A stretch of DNA of 64,000 bases from assembly GCA_050331735.1 (NCBI GenBank), contig JBHJGN010000049.1, forward strand, positions 1 through 64,000, written 5' to 3'. Numbering within the stretch: position 1 is the first letter of the stretch; each line of letters starts with the position of its first letter. This stretch comes from Cyanophyceae cyanobacterium (lineage in GTDB: Bacteria > Cyanobacteriota > Cyanobacteriia > Cyanobacteriales > JBHJGN01). Below the pieces are notes generated by a model. That model was not told the origin of the DNA and did no database searches. It worked only from the letters and a program-made list of their open reading frames with translations. Positions 1-10,178 of this stretch are shown one piece after another. The translations under genes and the position numbers were made by a program.

Positions 1-76
1 TTTTGGCGAAGGCGGAGCGACCTACCTTTTACTCTAATCTTGTGTAAGATGACTAGCGAATCTCTCTGACTCTTCT

Positions 77-1468
77 ATGTCCCCAACTCCTCGCCTTGTC
101 ATCATCGGTTTAGACTGCGCTGAACCATCTTTAGTATTTGAACAGTGGCGCGACGACTTGCCAACTCTCTCGCGGCTGATGCAGCAGGGCAGCTACGGTA
201 CTCTAGAAAGCTGCATTCCGGCCATTACCGTGCCTGCGTGGAGCTGTATGATGAGCGGACGCGACCCTGGAGAACTAGGCATCTATGGCTTTCGCAACCG
301 CCGCGATCGCAGCTACCACACTATGGCGATCGCCAACAGCCAAGCCGTTAAGTTTCCGCGACTGTGGAACCTCCTCGGAGATGCGGGTTGGAAAGTCACC
401 GTAGTGGGCGTACCGGGAACTTACCCGCCCCAGATTGTTAATGGAGCGCTTGTTTCCGGCTTCCTGACTCCCGATACCAACACTCAATATACTCATCCGA
501 TTGGTTTAGGCGCTCAAATCAGCGCGTGGGTTAATCGCTACCTCTTTGACGTGCCTAACTTCCGCTCTCTTGATAAAAGCCGCATTCTTCGCGACATCTA
601 CGATCTCTGCAATCAGTCTTTTACCCTAGCGCTCAATCTTCTCCAAACCGAACAGCCCGATTTCCTCATGTTTGTAGAAATGGGAGTAGACCGCATCCAT
701 CATGCTTTTTGGAAGCACATGGACGAGCGCCACCCGCTACACGTACCCGATTCTCCCTTTGCCCAGGCGATCCACGATTATTACTGCCATGTAGATCGCT
801 GCCTCGGGAAGTTTCTGGCCCATTGCGATAACGATACCGCTGTTTTAATTGTATCCGACCACGGCGCACAGCCAATGATGGGCGGATTTTGCCTCAATCA
901 GTGGCTGATTGAGAAGGGCTATCTGGTGCTGAAAGAGGAGCCAGCCACACCGCTATTTTTAGAGCAAGCGGCTGTAGACTGGAGCCGGACCCGAGCCTGG
1001 GGCGCTGGCGGCTACTACGGGCGAGTGTTTATGAATGTGCAGGGACGCGAACCCCAGGGAGTCATTGCCCCAGCAGACTATCAGCGGGAAAGGCAGCAGT
1101 TGGCTGCTCAGCTAGAAGCCCTCCAGTCCCCTGATAACGAGCCTTTAGGGGTGAAAGCCTATACTCCCCAACAGCTTTATCAGCGAGTCAGAGGCGTTGC
1201 CCCAGACCTGATCGTGTATTTTCAGGAGTTGGGGTGGCGGTCGGTGGGGACGGTGGGTGGAAAGTCGCTGTATACGTTAGAAAATGATACCGGACCAGAT
1301 GATGCCAATCATGCTCAGCAAGGACTCTTTATTTTCTGCGATCCCCAGCAGCCGAGAAGCGGACAGAAACTTTTAGGAGCGCAAATTTATGACGTTCTGC
1401 CCACTTTGCTCGACCGCTACGAGCTTCCGGTTCCTTCAGGGCTGCGGGGCAAGGTGCTCTCTTTATAA
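77..1468 (+). CDS. Alkaline phosphatase superfamily protein (type I phosphodiesterase/nucleotide pyrophosphatase)
   Basis: N-terminal 'IIGLDC' metal-binding Asp, 'PAITVPAW' nucleophile Thr, 'DRIHH', 'VSDHG' and C-terminal 'DDANH' motifs. Confidence 0.85.
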   Translation: MSPTPRLVIIGLDCAEPSLVFEQWRDDLPTLSRLMQQGSYGTLESCIPAITVPAWSCMMSGRDPGELGIYGFRNRRDRSYHTMAIANSQAVKFPRLWNLLGDAGWKVTVVGVPGTYPPQIVNGALVSGFLTPDTNTQYTHPIGLGAQISAWVNRYLFDVPNFRSLDKSRILRDIYDLCNQSFTLALNLLQTEQPDFLMFVEMGVDRIHHAFWKHMDERHPLHVPDSPFAQAIHDYYCHVDRCLGKFLAHCDNDTAVLIVSDHGAQPMMGGFCLNQWLIEKGYLVLKEEPATPLFLEQAAVDWSRTRAWGAGGYYGRVFMNVQGREPQGVIAPADYQRERQQLAAQLEALQSPDNEPLGVKAYTPQQLYQRVRGVAPDLIVYFQELGWRSVGTVGGKSLYTLENDTGPDDANHAQQGLFIFCDPQQPRSGQKLLGAQIYDVLPTLLDRYELPVPSGLRGKVLSL

Positions 1469-1678
1469 ACAGAATCTTAGGTCATCTAAAGCGTATTGAG
1501 AGGGAATGGCTCGTCCTCGGCCCAAAAGGACGCTGTATAGGGTTTGGAGAACGGTTCTGTAGCGTCGATAGAGTCGATAGAGAAGTGGTAAGGCGATCGC
1601 CAGCGCAAATAGAATAAAGGCTAAGGAGTTCATGAATGTTCCTCTTGACTAGATTTCAGCAGATGAGTTGTTAGTCTG

Positions 1679-1921
1679 CTATGGGGCGTTAAACAACGAG
1701 AAGGAAATGTCTCTTTGGGTAAGTGCGGGTGGGCGCTGATTTGTATTGACCGGTCTGCTGGCTGGGAAAAAGAAAAACCACAGCAGCGACCACAGCGAAA
1801 ACTGCCTGTACGAGAAAACAGCGAATGGAACTGATTCTTTAACGTCACCCTTCCACACTCTGATTAAACCAGCTAAAGAAAGGCTAGTAATGAAGACTGC
1901 CATCAGTATTAAGTAAACCAT
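1679..1921 (-). CDS. Small hypothetical membrane protein (80 aa)
   Basis: ATG preceded by an AGAGG Shine-Dalgarno-like sequence; hydrophobic N-terminal helix plus a second aromatic stretch; fills an otherwise empty intergenic space. Confidence 0.4.
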   Translation of the reverse strand: MVYLILMAVFITSLSLAGLIRVWKGDVKESVPFAVFSYRQFSLWSLLWFFFFPASRPVNTNQRPPALTQRDISFSLFNAP

Positions 1922-2211
1922 TAAGCCTCTTTGAGTAAAACTACTCCTGGAATTTCAATACACACGCTAACAATCTAAGCAAGGTGTTCGCAACGTTTCT
2001 TAATAAAAACTGGAAATTGTAACAAACCTCAATACCTTTCTTAGCTTTCTGAGGCCATTACTCCTAACCGATAAACCTCTATCCCTAATCAGTTGCTGTT
2101 TTTCCTCCCTAGCTCTCACAATCAGCTACCGTCAATTCGACAACGGCAGGAGACTGCCCCGGTTACAAGATTCAGATAAACTTAACAAATGGACAGAAGT
2201 TTGAGAGTGAT

Positions 2212-3798
2212 ATGGATACTGCTGCACTTTGGGAACGCTACCAGGACTGGCTCTACTACAACGAAGAACTTGGCTTTTACCTCGACGTGAGCCGAATCCG
2301 CTTCGATGAGGCTTTTGTCGACAAAATGAAGCCCAAATTTGAGAAGGCTTTTCAGGATATCAAAGACATCGAAGCTGGCGAGATTGCCAACCCTGACGAA
2401 AACCGCATGGTTGGACACTACTGGCTGCGAGATCCAGACTTGGCCCCGACGACCGAACTCCAGGAAGAAATCAAAGAAAACTTAGAGCGAGTTGAAACAT
2501 TTGCCAGCAAGATTCACAGCGGCGAGATCCATCCGCCTGGGGCTGAGCGGTTTACAACGATTCTTTCGATTGGGATTGGCGGTTCCTCCCTCGGTCCTCA
2601 GTTTGTCTCAGCAGCGTTAGCCCCCTCAAATCCACCGCTAGATATCTATTTCATCGACAATAGCGACCCAGAAGGGATTGATAAAACGTTTGCCCAAATT
2701 GGCGATCGCCTCAACACTACTCTCGTATTAGTCATCTCCAAATCGGGTGGCACACCTGAAACTCGTAACGGCATGATCGAAGCCAAAGCCGCCTATGCCG
2801 CCAAAATTTTAGACTTTGCGCCCCATGCCGTTGCCATTACCGGGATCGACAGCAAATTAGAAAACATGGCCAAATCTGAGGGGTGGGTGGCAACGTTCCC
2901 GATGCACGATTGGGTGGGCGGACGCACCTCAGAAATGTCGGCGGTCGGTTTAGTACCGGCGGCGCTACAGGGAATTGATATTCGCGCTGTGCTGGCTGGA
3001 GCAAAAACGATGGATGCCGTCACCAGAACTCCTGACTTAAAATCGAATCCGGCTGCCCTTCTCGCCTTGGCTTGGTACTTTGAAGGCAACGGGAAAGGGG
3101 AAAAAGATATGGTGGTGTTGCCCTACAAAGATAGTTTGTATCTGTTTAGTCGCTACCTCCAGCAGCTAGTGATGGAATCTTTGGGGAAAGAAAAAGATCT
3201 CGATGGCAACACCGTTTACCAAGGAATTGCTGTTTATGGGAATAAAGGCTCTACCGACCAACACGCCTATGTTCAGCAGCTTCGCGAAGGAGTTCCTAAC
3301 TTTTTCCTGACCTTTATTGAGGTGCTCGACGATCAGGAAGGAACATCGGTAGAAATCGAGCCAGGAGTCACGTCAGGAGACTATCTGTTTGGTTTTCTCC
3401 AGGGAACTCGGCAAGCCTTGTACGAAAAGGGCCGAGATTCCATTACGGTGACTATTTCCGACGACAGCCCCCACAACATCGGTGCGCTAATTGCTCTCTA
3501 CGAACGAGCAGTTGGGATTTATGCCTCTCTTGTTAATATCAATGCTTACCACCAGCCAGGAGTAGAAGCCGGAAAAAAAGCCGCCGCCAGCGTTTTGGAA
3601 TTGCAAAAAAAAGTGTTAAACGTGCTCAAAAATGCCGAGTATTCTTTATCGATTGCAGAAATAGCCAATCAAGCTGAAGTCCCTGACCAAATCGAGACAG
3701 TCTATCAACTGTTACGACACTTAGAAGCTAACGAGCGAGTCGTGTTTGGAGGCAACCCGTCTCATCTGGGCAGCTTGAAAGCATCGATAGAGAAATAA
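2212..3798 (+). CDS. pgi: Glucose-6-phosphate isomerase
   Basis: 'GIGGSSLGP', 'SKSGGTPET', 'VGGRTS', '[10 protein letters not shown]', 'GSTDQH', 'QPGVEAGK' motifs. Confidence 0.97.
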   Translation: MDTAALWERYQDWLYYNEELGFYLDVSRIRFDEAFVDKMKPKFEKAFQDIKDIEAGEIANPDENRMVGHYWLRDPDLAPTTELQEEIKENLERVETFASKIHSGEIHPPGAERFTTILSIGIGGSSLGPQFVSAALAPSNPPLDIYFIDNSDPEGIDKTFAQIGDRLNTTLVLVISKSGGTPETRNGMIEAKAAYAAKILDFAPHAVAITGIDSKLENMAKSEGWVATFPMHDWVGGRTSEMSAVGLVPAALQGIDIRAVLAGAKTMDAVTRTPDLKSNPAALLALAWYFEGNGKGEKDMVVLPYKDSLYLFSRYLQQLVMESLGKEKDLDGNTVYQGIAVYGNKGSTDQHAYVQQLREGVPNFFLTFIEVLDDQEGTSVEIEPGVTSGDYLFGFLQGTRQALYEKGRDSITVTISDDSPHNIGALIALYERAVGIYASLVNINAYHQPGVEAGKKAAASVLELQKKVLNVLKNAEYSLSIAEIANQAEVPDQIETVYQLLRHLEANERVVFGGNPSHLGSLKASIEK

Positions 3799-3990
3799 GA
3801 CCACAAAATGAGAGGGAACCAGCTATCTATGAGCAGTGAACGAGTGGCTAAACCTGACGACTGCTCGTTAAGCGTGAATAACTGAGCGCTGATTCAAGAA
3901 CTGCTTAACTCCCCTTCTTGCTGATAAAAGTTAATCTTAATAATTTTGGGAATGGTGAGACAATAAGAGGAGAAAAAACTCGGTATTGCC

Positions 3991-5667
3991 ATGTCTGCCT
4001 CATCTGGTCCTTACAAAAGCCGATTGTTCAGCTTTATCAATCGGCAATTCTTGCATGTGAGTACGCAGTTAGCAAAAACAGTCCGGCACGTCAGAGTCAC
4101 TGCCGAGTGGAGTGTGCAGACTCTCCTTTATCCTGTTTATCTGCTGGTGCAGTCGGGCCGGACCGTCGCGAACCGGCTTAATCAAACCTCTGCGGTGCAT
4201 CAAGCTTCTATGGCTTCATCAAAGGCTGCTTCCACGAGTGCCGATCGCCCGATTGCACAAGTTTTAGAGGTGGCGCAACCGTTGTTAGCAGCAGTGGCGG
4301 TGCCGGGAGCACTCCGTCACAAGAGAGAAAGGCAAGGTATCTGTGCAAAAATTCAGGGAGTGGCAACGCTACTGGAAACGCGCGAGCTCGTGCTTGTGGT
4401 TGAGGGGAATCACCTGGTGAATATTCTGTCTCAGCAACAGCAGCACCAGCTCCGGCAGCGGATTATTTGGGAGGTGGCGAACTATTGGTACGCTCGCCGT
4501 TCTTTAGCCGTTAAAACGAGTCAGTTGCCAGCCTTTAAGAAAGGCAACGCGAAGGTTGTAGCCCCAGTGCGCTTTTTCTGGAACGTTATGCACTGGGTAC
4601 AGAGTAGCCCAATGGCGATCGCCCTCAATTTCTTTGGAGAATCTCGCCTGGTCCGTTCTCGCTTCCAGGCTTCTCAGCCAGCGCCACCAAAATCTTCGGC
4701 AGCTCTCGATCGTCCGAGCAATCGGCTCAAATCCCAACTGGTTTCCGTTCACCATCGGGAGCAATTGGGGCAGTCTGCTGATACTGTCATGCCGATTGAT
4801 TTAACCCGTCGGGTTCGTTCCCTGATCCGCGCCGCCGTTGACTACTTTTTTGGTGATCGCCTCCAGGGACGCTGGTTTTTGCCCAATCGTCAGCCTCAAC
4901 CCCAAATTACTGGCACTGCCGCTCTGTCATTCCAGACTCACCCATCAAAACTCGCTTCTGCCTCCGGCACTCCACAGATGACCATTGCTTCAGCAGCCGA
5001 CACGATCGCTCAGACAATAAAGGGTTTAAAACTCCGCCCCCCCTTTCAATGGCCGTTAAATCAGGCAGCGATCGAATTAGAACCAGATCCTTTCGACCTC
5101 AGAATTCTAATTCGCTCAGCCGTCGATTATTTCTTCGGTCGTCAGCAAGCGGCTTTGGGGGGAAGACTGGAGCAGCCGACAGACAACATCCTGGGCAGCA
5201 CTCCTGCTTTCTCCCAGATTCCTTCGCAGCCGCTCTCCACCAGTTGGCTTGTCTGGGAAGATTTGTTTGCAGAAACGACTCCGGCAACTCAGCAGACGCA
5301 GCAGCCGGAAGCGCCTAGTTTGGTTGACTCGGGAACGGTGTTGAATCGACTAACAAGCGATGTAGAAGGCTTTGTGCCGGTAAATTCCAGACTTCTAGGA
5401 GCAGGATCTTCTCCAGCAGCGACGGCGCAGACAACCGTCCGCTCTGCATTCGCTAACCAGAACTCAGCTCCAGTGTCGCGTTCTGCTCAACCGACGACCC
5501 TTAAGCCATCGCCAGACTGGATCGAAACGAACGCTACCGGGCTTGGCTATATCAAGCATCCCTTAGAAAGAGCTTTAGCGTGGCTCGACCGCATGATGCT
5601 TTGGCTAGAGGAGTTCATTGTGGGGATGTGGCATCGATTACAGCGTGTTCTTCTAAAGACGCATTAA
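3991..5667 (+). CDS. Hypothetical protein with a duplicated 'LIRxAVDYFFG' motif
   Basis: 558-aa ORF; low-complexity S/P/Q/A linkers between short helical motifs; no catalytic motif recognised. Confidence 0.75.
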   Translation: MSASSGPYKSRLFSFINRQFLHVSTQLAKTVRHVRVTAEWSVQTLLYPVYLLVQSGRTVANRLNQTSAVHQASMASSKAASTSADRPIAQVLEVAQPLLAAVAVPGALRHKRERQGICAKIQGVATLLETRELVLVVEGNHLVNILSQQQQHQLRQRIIWEVANYWYARRSLAVKTSQLPAFKKGNAKVVAPVRFFWNVMHWVQSSPMAIALNFFGESRLVRSRFQASQPAPPKSSAALDRPSNRLKSQLVSVHHREQLGQSADTVMPIDLTRRVRSLIRAAVDYFFGDRLQGRWFLPNRQPQPQITGTAALSFQTHPSKLASASGTPQMTIASAADTIAQTIKGLKLRPPFQWPLNQAAIELEPDPFDLRILIRSAVDYFFGRQQAALGGRLEQPTDNILGSTPAFSQIPSQPLSTSWLVWEDLFAETTPATQQTQQPEAPSLVDSGTVLNRLTSDVEGFVPVNSRLLGAGSSPAATAQTTVRSAFANQNSAPVSRSAQPTTLKPSPDWIETNATGLGYIKHPLERALAWLDRMMLWLEEFIVGMWHRLQRVLLKTH

Positions 5668-5676
5668 TCTAAATGT

Positions 5677-7233
5677 TTACCAATCTTGCTGCCTTGGCTC
5701 CTCTTCCCACTCATTATTAACCACCGATGTTTCCGTTAGCGGATTAACAACGCGAGCGATCGCCTCTGAGACAAATGCTTTGATAAACTCATCCCGCTGA
5801 TTGAGCTGAAACTGTCGCTGCACCACCTCCGTCATGCCGCCGTCGCCCCAGTCCTGGTTAGCGCGAAAGTACTCAATAAAGCTTTTCCCAGCAATGCGCG
5901 TTAGATACGCTGCCGTCACTCCCTGAATCGCTTTACCAACAACATAGGTGGCCACGTTGAACTGAAGCGCCCGTGCCAGCAGCTCGACGGCTCCTTTGAC
6001 AACGCCTAAGCTCACTAACGTTCTGCCCAGAGAAAGAGCGAGTTCTCGCCCTTGGGCATTGTCTAGTTCGCAACCGTAGACCCGACCGATCTCTACCACC
6101 ATCTGGGCATTCACTGCTGCCGTTGCCAGCATATCGACGATGGGGAGAGGCGTTACGGCAATCACTCCGGCCCCAATCCACTGATAGCGATCAATGACTT
6201 TGTCTGCCTGTCCTCGCCGCTGGCGGTCTAGCAGGGAACGAGTTTCTTCTCCGAGGCGTTGCGACTGTAGCAGAATGTTGTCGGCGATGAGATCCTCGCC
6301 TTCTAAGCGCAGAACCGCGACTAATCGCTTCAGCAATGAGTCAATTTCTGGCTGGGGGACCACGGTTGCTCCCTCGATCTGAACGGGTTGGGGACGGGCA
6401 GCGATCGCCACGACATCCGCTGCTACAATTGTGGGGCAGACTCGTTCTCGGAGCTGGTGGAGAATTGCTTGCTGGTCCTCATCGGCATAGAGATCTGTTT
6501 TATTAAACACCAGCAGCGTTCGTTTGCCCATGTCGGCGATCGCCCGCAGCGGCTCGTACTCCGAAGCCCGCAGATCGTTATCCACCACAAACAGCAGCAA
6601 ATCGGCGACGGTGGCGAACTGTCGGGCTTGCTGTTCTCGCTCGGTTCCCGTCACTCCCGCTTCTAAAATTCCAGGCGTGTCTGTAATCAAAATTTCTCGC
6701 TCCAGTCCGGGCAGCTTCAGTCGGTAGGTTTCCCCCATCTTTGTGGTTCCCATCGTCGCTTCGACATTACCGACAATCTGCCCAATCAGCGCGTTCACTA
6801 AGGAAGTTTTGCCAGCCGATCCCGTTCCAAATACCACAATGTGCAGCTCGCCCCGCGCGAGATTGGCCTCAATTTCCTGCGATCGCTTCAGCAAAGCTCG
6901 CTGGGCGACGTCGTCTTGAATCTGCGTGACCTGCTGCTGAAGCGCTTTCAAATTTTCTTGCGCCGCCGCCGTCTTCTGTTCAGGAACCCGCAAGGCTGAA
7001 CGGCGCTGCTGTCTTCTCCGGCTCCGCAGCGGTACTACTCCAAAGTAGTACACAAAAGCGGCAATTAGTAACCCCAACAGCACGATCAGCATCAGGACGA
7101 GTAGATTGCCCAGGAACGGCGACGTAAAGCTGATTTGGAGATAAAGCTGATAGAAGGAAGCGATCAGCCAGATGATTAGTCCCAGAATCAGACTCAGACC
7201 AATAATAAGAGTCAGCAGGCGTGGCAGAGACAT
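5677..7233 (-). CDS. Membrane-anchored GTPase with C-terminal DUF697/YcjF domain
   Basis: Two N-terminal TM helices; G1 'GTGSAGKTS', G3 'DTPG', G4 'NKTD'; C-terminal 'PLPIVDML' YcjF-like region. Confidence 0.85.
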   Translation of the reverse strand: MSLPRLLTLIIGLSLILGLIIWLIASFYQLYLQISFTSPFLGNLLVLMLIVLLGLLIAAFVYYFGVVPLRSRRRQQRRSALRVPEQKTAAAQENLKALQQQVTQIQDDVAQRALLKRSQEIEANLARGELHIVVFGTGSAGKTSLVNALIGQIVGNVEATMGTTKMGETYRLKLPGLEREILITDTPGILEAGVTGTEREQQARQFATVADLLLFVVDNDLRASEYEPLRAIADMGKRTLLVFNKTDLYADEDQQAILHQLRERVCPTIVAADVVAIAARPQPVQIEGATVVPQPEIDSLLKRLVAVLRLEGEDLIADNILLQSQRLGEETRSLLDRQRRGQADKVIDRYQWIGAGVIAVTPLPIVDMLATAAVNAQMVVEIGRVYGCELDNAQGRELALSLGRTLVSLGVVKGAVELLARALQFNVATYVVGKAIQGVTAAYLTRIAGKSFIEYFRANQDWGDGGMTEVVQRQFQLNQRDEFIKAFVSEAIARVVNPLTETSVVNNEWEEEPRQQDW

Positions 7234-7522
7234 TAAAAATTCTTAAATTTAACTCAAAAGCGACATTCGATATTAACTTGTCACTTTAATAGTATTCTTG
7301 GAAAACCCAGACGAACGAAAATTAACAGCTCACCACAAAGAGATATTGCTCGAGTTAATCTTCGGCAGCGTGATGCTTAACTCGATGCTTTCTTCTGCCC
7401 AGCACAATGTTCTCACTCTGGCCACGACTATGATTCGCTTTTCCCCGACTAATTCCTCAATTGGCTAGAGGAAAAACGGCTCCTAACCGTGTAAAGTGCT
7501 ATCAAGCAATAGGGAGGAAAAC

Positions 7523-8038
7523 ATGGGTTTATTTAATCAGATTCTCGGAGCCCTTAATAATCCGCAACAAGAAGCCAATCCTGAACAATTAGCGGGGATT
7601 CTCGATTCCGTAGAGCAAGCGAGTCGTAGCTACAACGCCGAGCCTGCTGCGGTTCAGTCGGCCATGTCTATTGTTGGAAAATATGCTAAAAATGCTCTGC
7701 GGGAGAAACGCAGCGCTAGAGGAGACCAAGAGGCGCAGCAAATTGTTAACCAGTACGCTGGCACTCAGCCGAGTCCTCAAGGAGTCCAGGCGCTCTTCAG
7801 TATGCCCCAGATTCAGCAGCTCACTCAGGAAATCGAAAACAGAACCGGAATTAATCAAGGGATGGTGCAGGCCATGCTGCCCATTCTAGTGCCTCTGGTG
7901 CTTAATTTCCTCAAGACGGGACACTCTCGCGGGATCGGTGCCAATAACGTTCTCAGCGGCTTTTTAGACAACGATAGGGATGGCGATATCGATATCGCCG
8001 ATGCCCTACAGATGGCATCGCGCCATTTAGGTCGCTAG
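7523..8038 (+). CDS. DUF937-like hypothetical protein
   Basis: ATG after GGGAGG RBS; 'MGLFNQILG' start, 'MLPILVPLVL' and C-terminal EF-hand-like 'DNDRDGDIDIAD'. Confidence 0.7.
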   Translation: MGLFNQILGALNNPQQEANPEQLAGILDSVEQASRSYNAEPAAVQSAMSIVGKYAKNALREKRSARGDQEAQQIVNQYAGTQPSPQGVQALFSMPQIQQLTQEIENRTGINQGMVQAMLPILVPLVLNFLKTGHSRGIGANNVLSGFLDNDRDGDIDIADALQMASRHLGR

Positions 8039-8108
8039 CTGAGGAGTGGTTGAAGGGAAAGCTGACCGCTGGTTTTACCTGCCAACCTCTCATAGAACGA
8101 CCTGACCC

Positions 8109-9221
8109 TCAACTACGATGAGGTTTTAATCGCTTCCGCACAAATAATCCTAAGCCCAGTAAACCCAAGGGAAGAGCAGCCGTCGGTTCAGGAACCGAGG
8201 CAGGCGACCGGTTTTGGAGCGTTTCTAGAGCGAAATCTCCAATAATTTCGTGAGCGACGGTGGTCGGGTGAACTTCATCGAAAAAGATGTGCTCATCAGG
8301 AGCGTCACAGAGGGTCAGGTTGCCCAAATCGAGAGTCAGAGGGTTCCCCTCCAGACAGGACGTTGGCGGTACTTGAGTAAATCCGAACTCAACGGGGTCG
8401 GCTAAAATCTCCTCGAAAAGAGAATTTGCATCGAGAGTGACGATATCGATATTAGGAAGGCTACGCAAATCATTGAGGGCAGTCTCTAAAAACTGGTTAA
8501 ACTGATTCGTTCTCTGAGTGAAGAACTCGGGAGGAATCGCTGGATTTGTGAAAGCGACTGGCGTTTGTCCCGAGTCTGGCAGGGTTGACACGAGGAAAGT
8601 CCGAGCGCCAGCGTCATAGAGATTCTGTAACGCTGCTTCAACATTACTCACGGACTGCTCCGGAGCCACATCAGGCGCAAAGAGAACGTCGTTCCCTCCA
8701 ATCCACATCACGTAGAGTGCGTCCTCATCGGGGGAGAGTCCACTCTGAGCCAAATCGTTTGTGAAGAAACTAACTTGGTCTAGGAGGCTAGGAATCGATA
8801 CCCCAAATGCCCCTGGATCGAAGGAGGCTGTTTGAGCACCACCAAAGGCAAAGTTGACGCTGTTAGCAGCCGTTAACCCATTGAAATCAAGATTAATTCC
8901 GGGAGGAACTAAGGTGATTGGACTATCGGGTAACTCTGTAACGGGGACAAGCTCAATGCCGAGATCCTGAGCGAGGAAATCTATCCAGACTAAACCGTTA
9001 GAAAAACGACCGTTTTGACCGTAGGGAGGAACCGGTGGTACGACCGGAATATCTAATCCTAAAGCTTCTGTAAATGGCTGCACTGCCTGGGTAACGTTAA
9101 AAATGTTGCCTGTATCGGAAAGACTATCTCCAAAGACATACAGGCTATTCTGCGCTGAAGCTTTAACAGCTAGGGTAAAAGGAAGGATGGTTAATCCCGT
9201 GGCGAGAAGCGATTTGAACAT
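8109..9221 (-). CDS. Secreted SGNH/GDSL lipase-esterase with PEP-CTERM sorting tail
   Basis: Signal peptide; 'FGDSLSD', 'GRFSNG', 'GGND', 'DEVHP' blocks; C-terminal 'VPEP' + hydrophobic helix + basic tail. Confidence 0.9.
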   Translation of the reverse strand: MFKSLLATGLTILPFTLAVKASAQNSLYVFGDSLSDTGNIFNVTQAVQPFTEALGLDIPVVPPVPPYGQNGRFSNGLVWIDFLAQDLGIELVPVTELPDSPITLVPPGINLDFNGLTAANSVNFAFGGAQTASFDPGAFGVSIPSLLDQVSFFTNDLAQSGLSPDEDALYVMWIGGNDVLFAPDVAPEQSVSNVEAALQNLYDAGARTFLVSTLPDSGQTPVAFTNPAIPPEFFTQRTNQFNQFLETALNDLRSLPNIDIVTLDANSLFEEILADPVEFGFTQVPPTSCLEGNPLTLDLGNLTLCDAPDEHIFFDEVHPTTVAHEIIGDFALETLQNRSPASVPEPTAALPLGLLGLGLFVRKRLKPHRS

Positions 9222-9439
9222 TGTTTTTCACTGACTAAGGCTGCCTGTCTTGATTTGTGGTTGATGAGTGTGCTTGAGTTGCTCCGTCGAGTATTGTCGG
9301 CGCAATACTATAATTTAATCAGCCTACGGGATGAGGGGCACAAATACAATGCTCAGCCGGTCAAGGCGCTAGTTTTTGGTTTCTTAAAATCCTTCTTAAC
9401 TTCTTCTTCGCTTAATCAGGATTTTATCTTGCCCAAATT

Positions 9440-10027
9440 TTATTCAAGGCTAGAAACAATGTGCGGCTCCTGTATCTCAGCGAGCTTTTCTCGATCCTGC
9501 CGCCGCTTCTTGGCATAAAGCTGAATCGATGCTGCCATCGCGACGACCAAAGCGACAATCAGCCAGGTTGTCAGATCTAGGGGCAGGCTGTTTTTAAACA
9601 CGGCTAGCAAAACAATGGCGACGAGCAGCACCGTTGGCGCTTCGTTGAGTGCTCTAAACTGCTGTCCGCTCCACCGACACTCATCTTTAGCAAGCTGCTT
9701 CATGAGTCGATGGCAGAAGTGGTGGTAGCCAATGAGAACGGCAACCAACGCTAGCTTAATGTGCAGCCAGCCTGATTTGAGGACTTCGGGTTCTGTGTAA
9801 ATCAAGCCCGCCGCCATTGCGACCGTCAGCACCATTCCCGGCGTAGTAATAATACCGTAGAGGCGCTTCTCCATGAGCTGATATTGCTCTTTGAGAATTG
9901 TTTGAGCCGGTTCCGGCTTCTCTGACGCTTCTGCATGATAGACAAATAACCGCACTAAGTAGAACAACCCAGCAAACCACACGACGATGCCGACTAAGTG
10001 AAATGCTTTAAACCAGTAATAAGCCAT
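9440..10027 (-). CDS. hemJ: Protoporphyrinogen IX oxidase HemJ
   Basis: 'WFKAFH..WFAGLFYLVRLFVYH', 'MEKRLY', 'WLHIKL', 'FRALNEAPT' motifs. Confidence 0.95.
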   Translation of the reverse strand: MAYYWFKAFHLVGIVVWFAGLFYLVRLFVYHAEASEKPEPAQTILKEQYQLMEKRLYGIITTPGMVLTVAMAAGLIYTEPEVLKSGWLHIKLALVAVLIGYHHFCHRLMKQLAKDECRWSGQQFRALNEAPTVLLVAIVLLAVFKNSLPLDLTTWLIVALVVAMAASIQLYAKKRRQDREKLAEIQEPHIVSSLE

Positions 10028-10178
10028 TCGATTAATGATTTTGACGCTCCACCGCTAGTTTAGGACTTTCTTAACTGAAGAGCCTGAACCCTCAATATTA
10101 TTTTAGAAAAGTATTGAGCGAAGCAGCCGTGAGGATGAGGCGTGGATCGCTTAGGAACGGCACTGTCTCGATCCTGTC

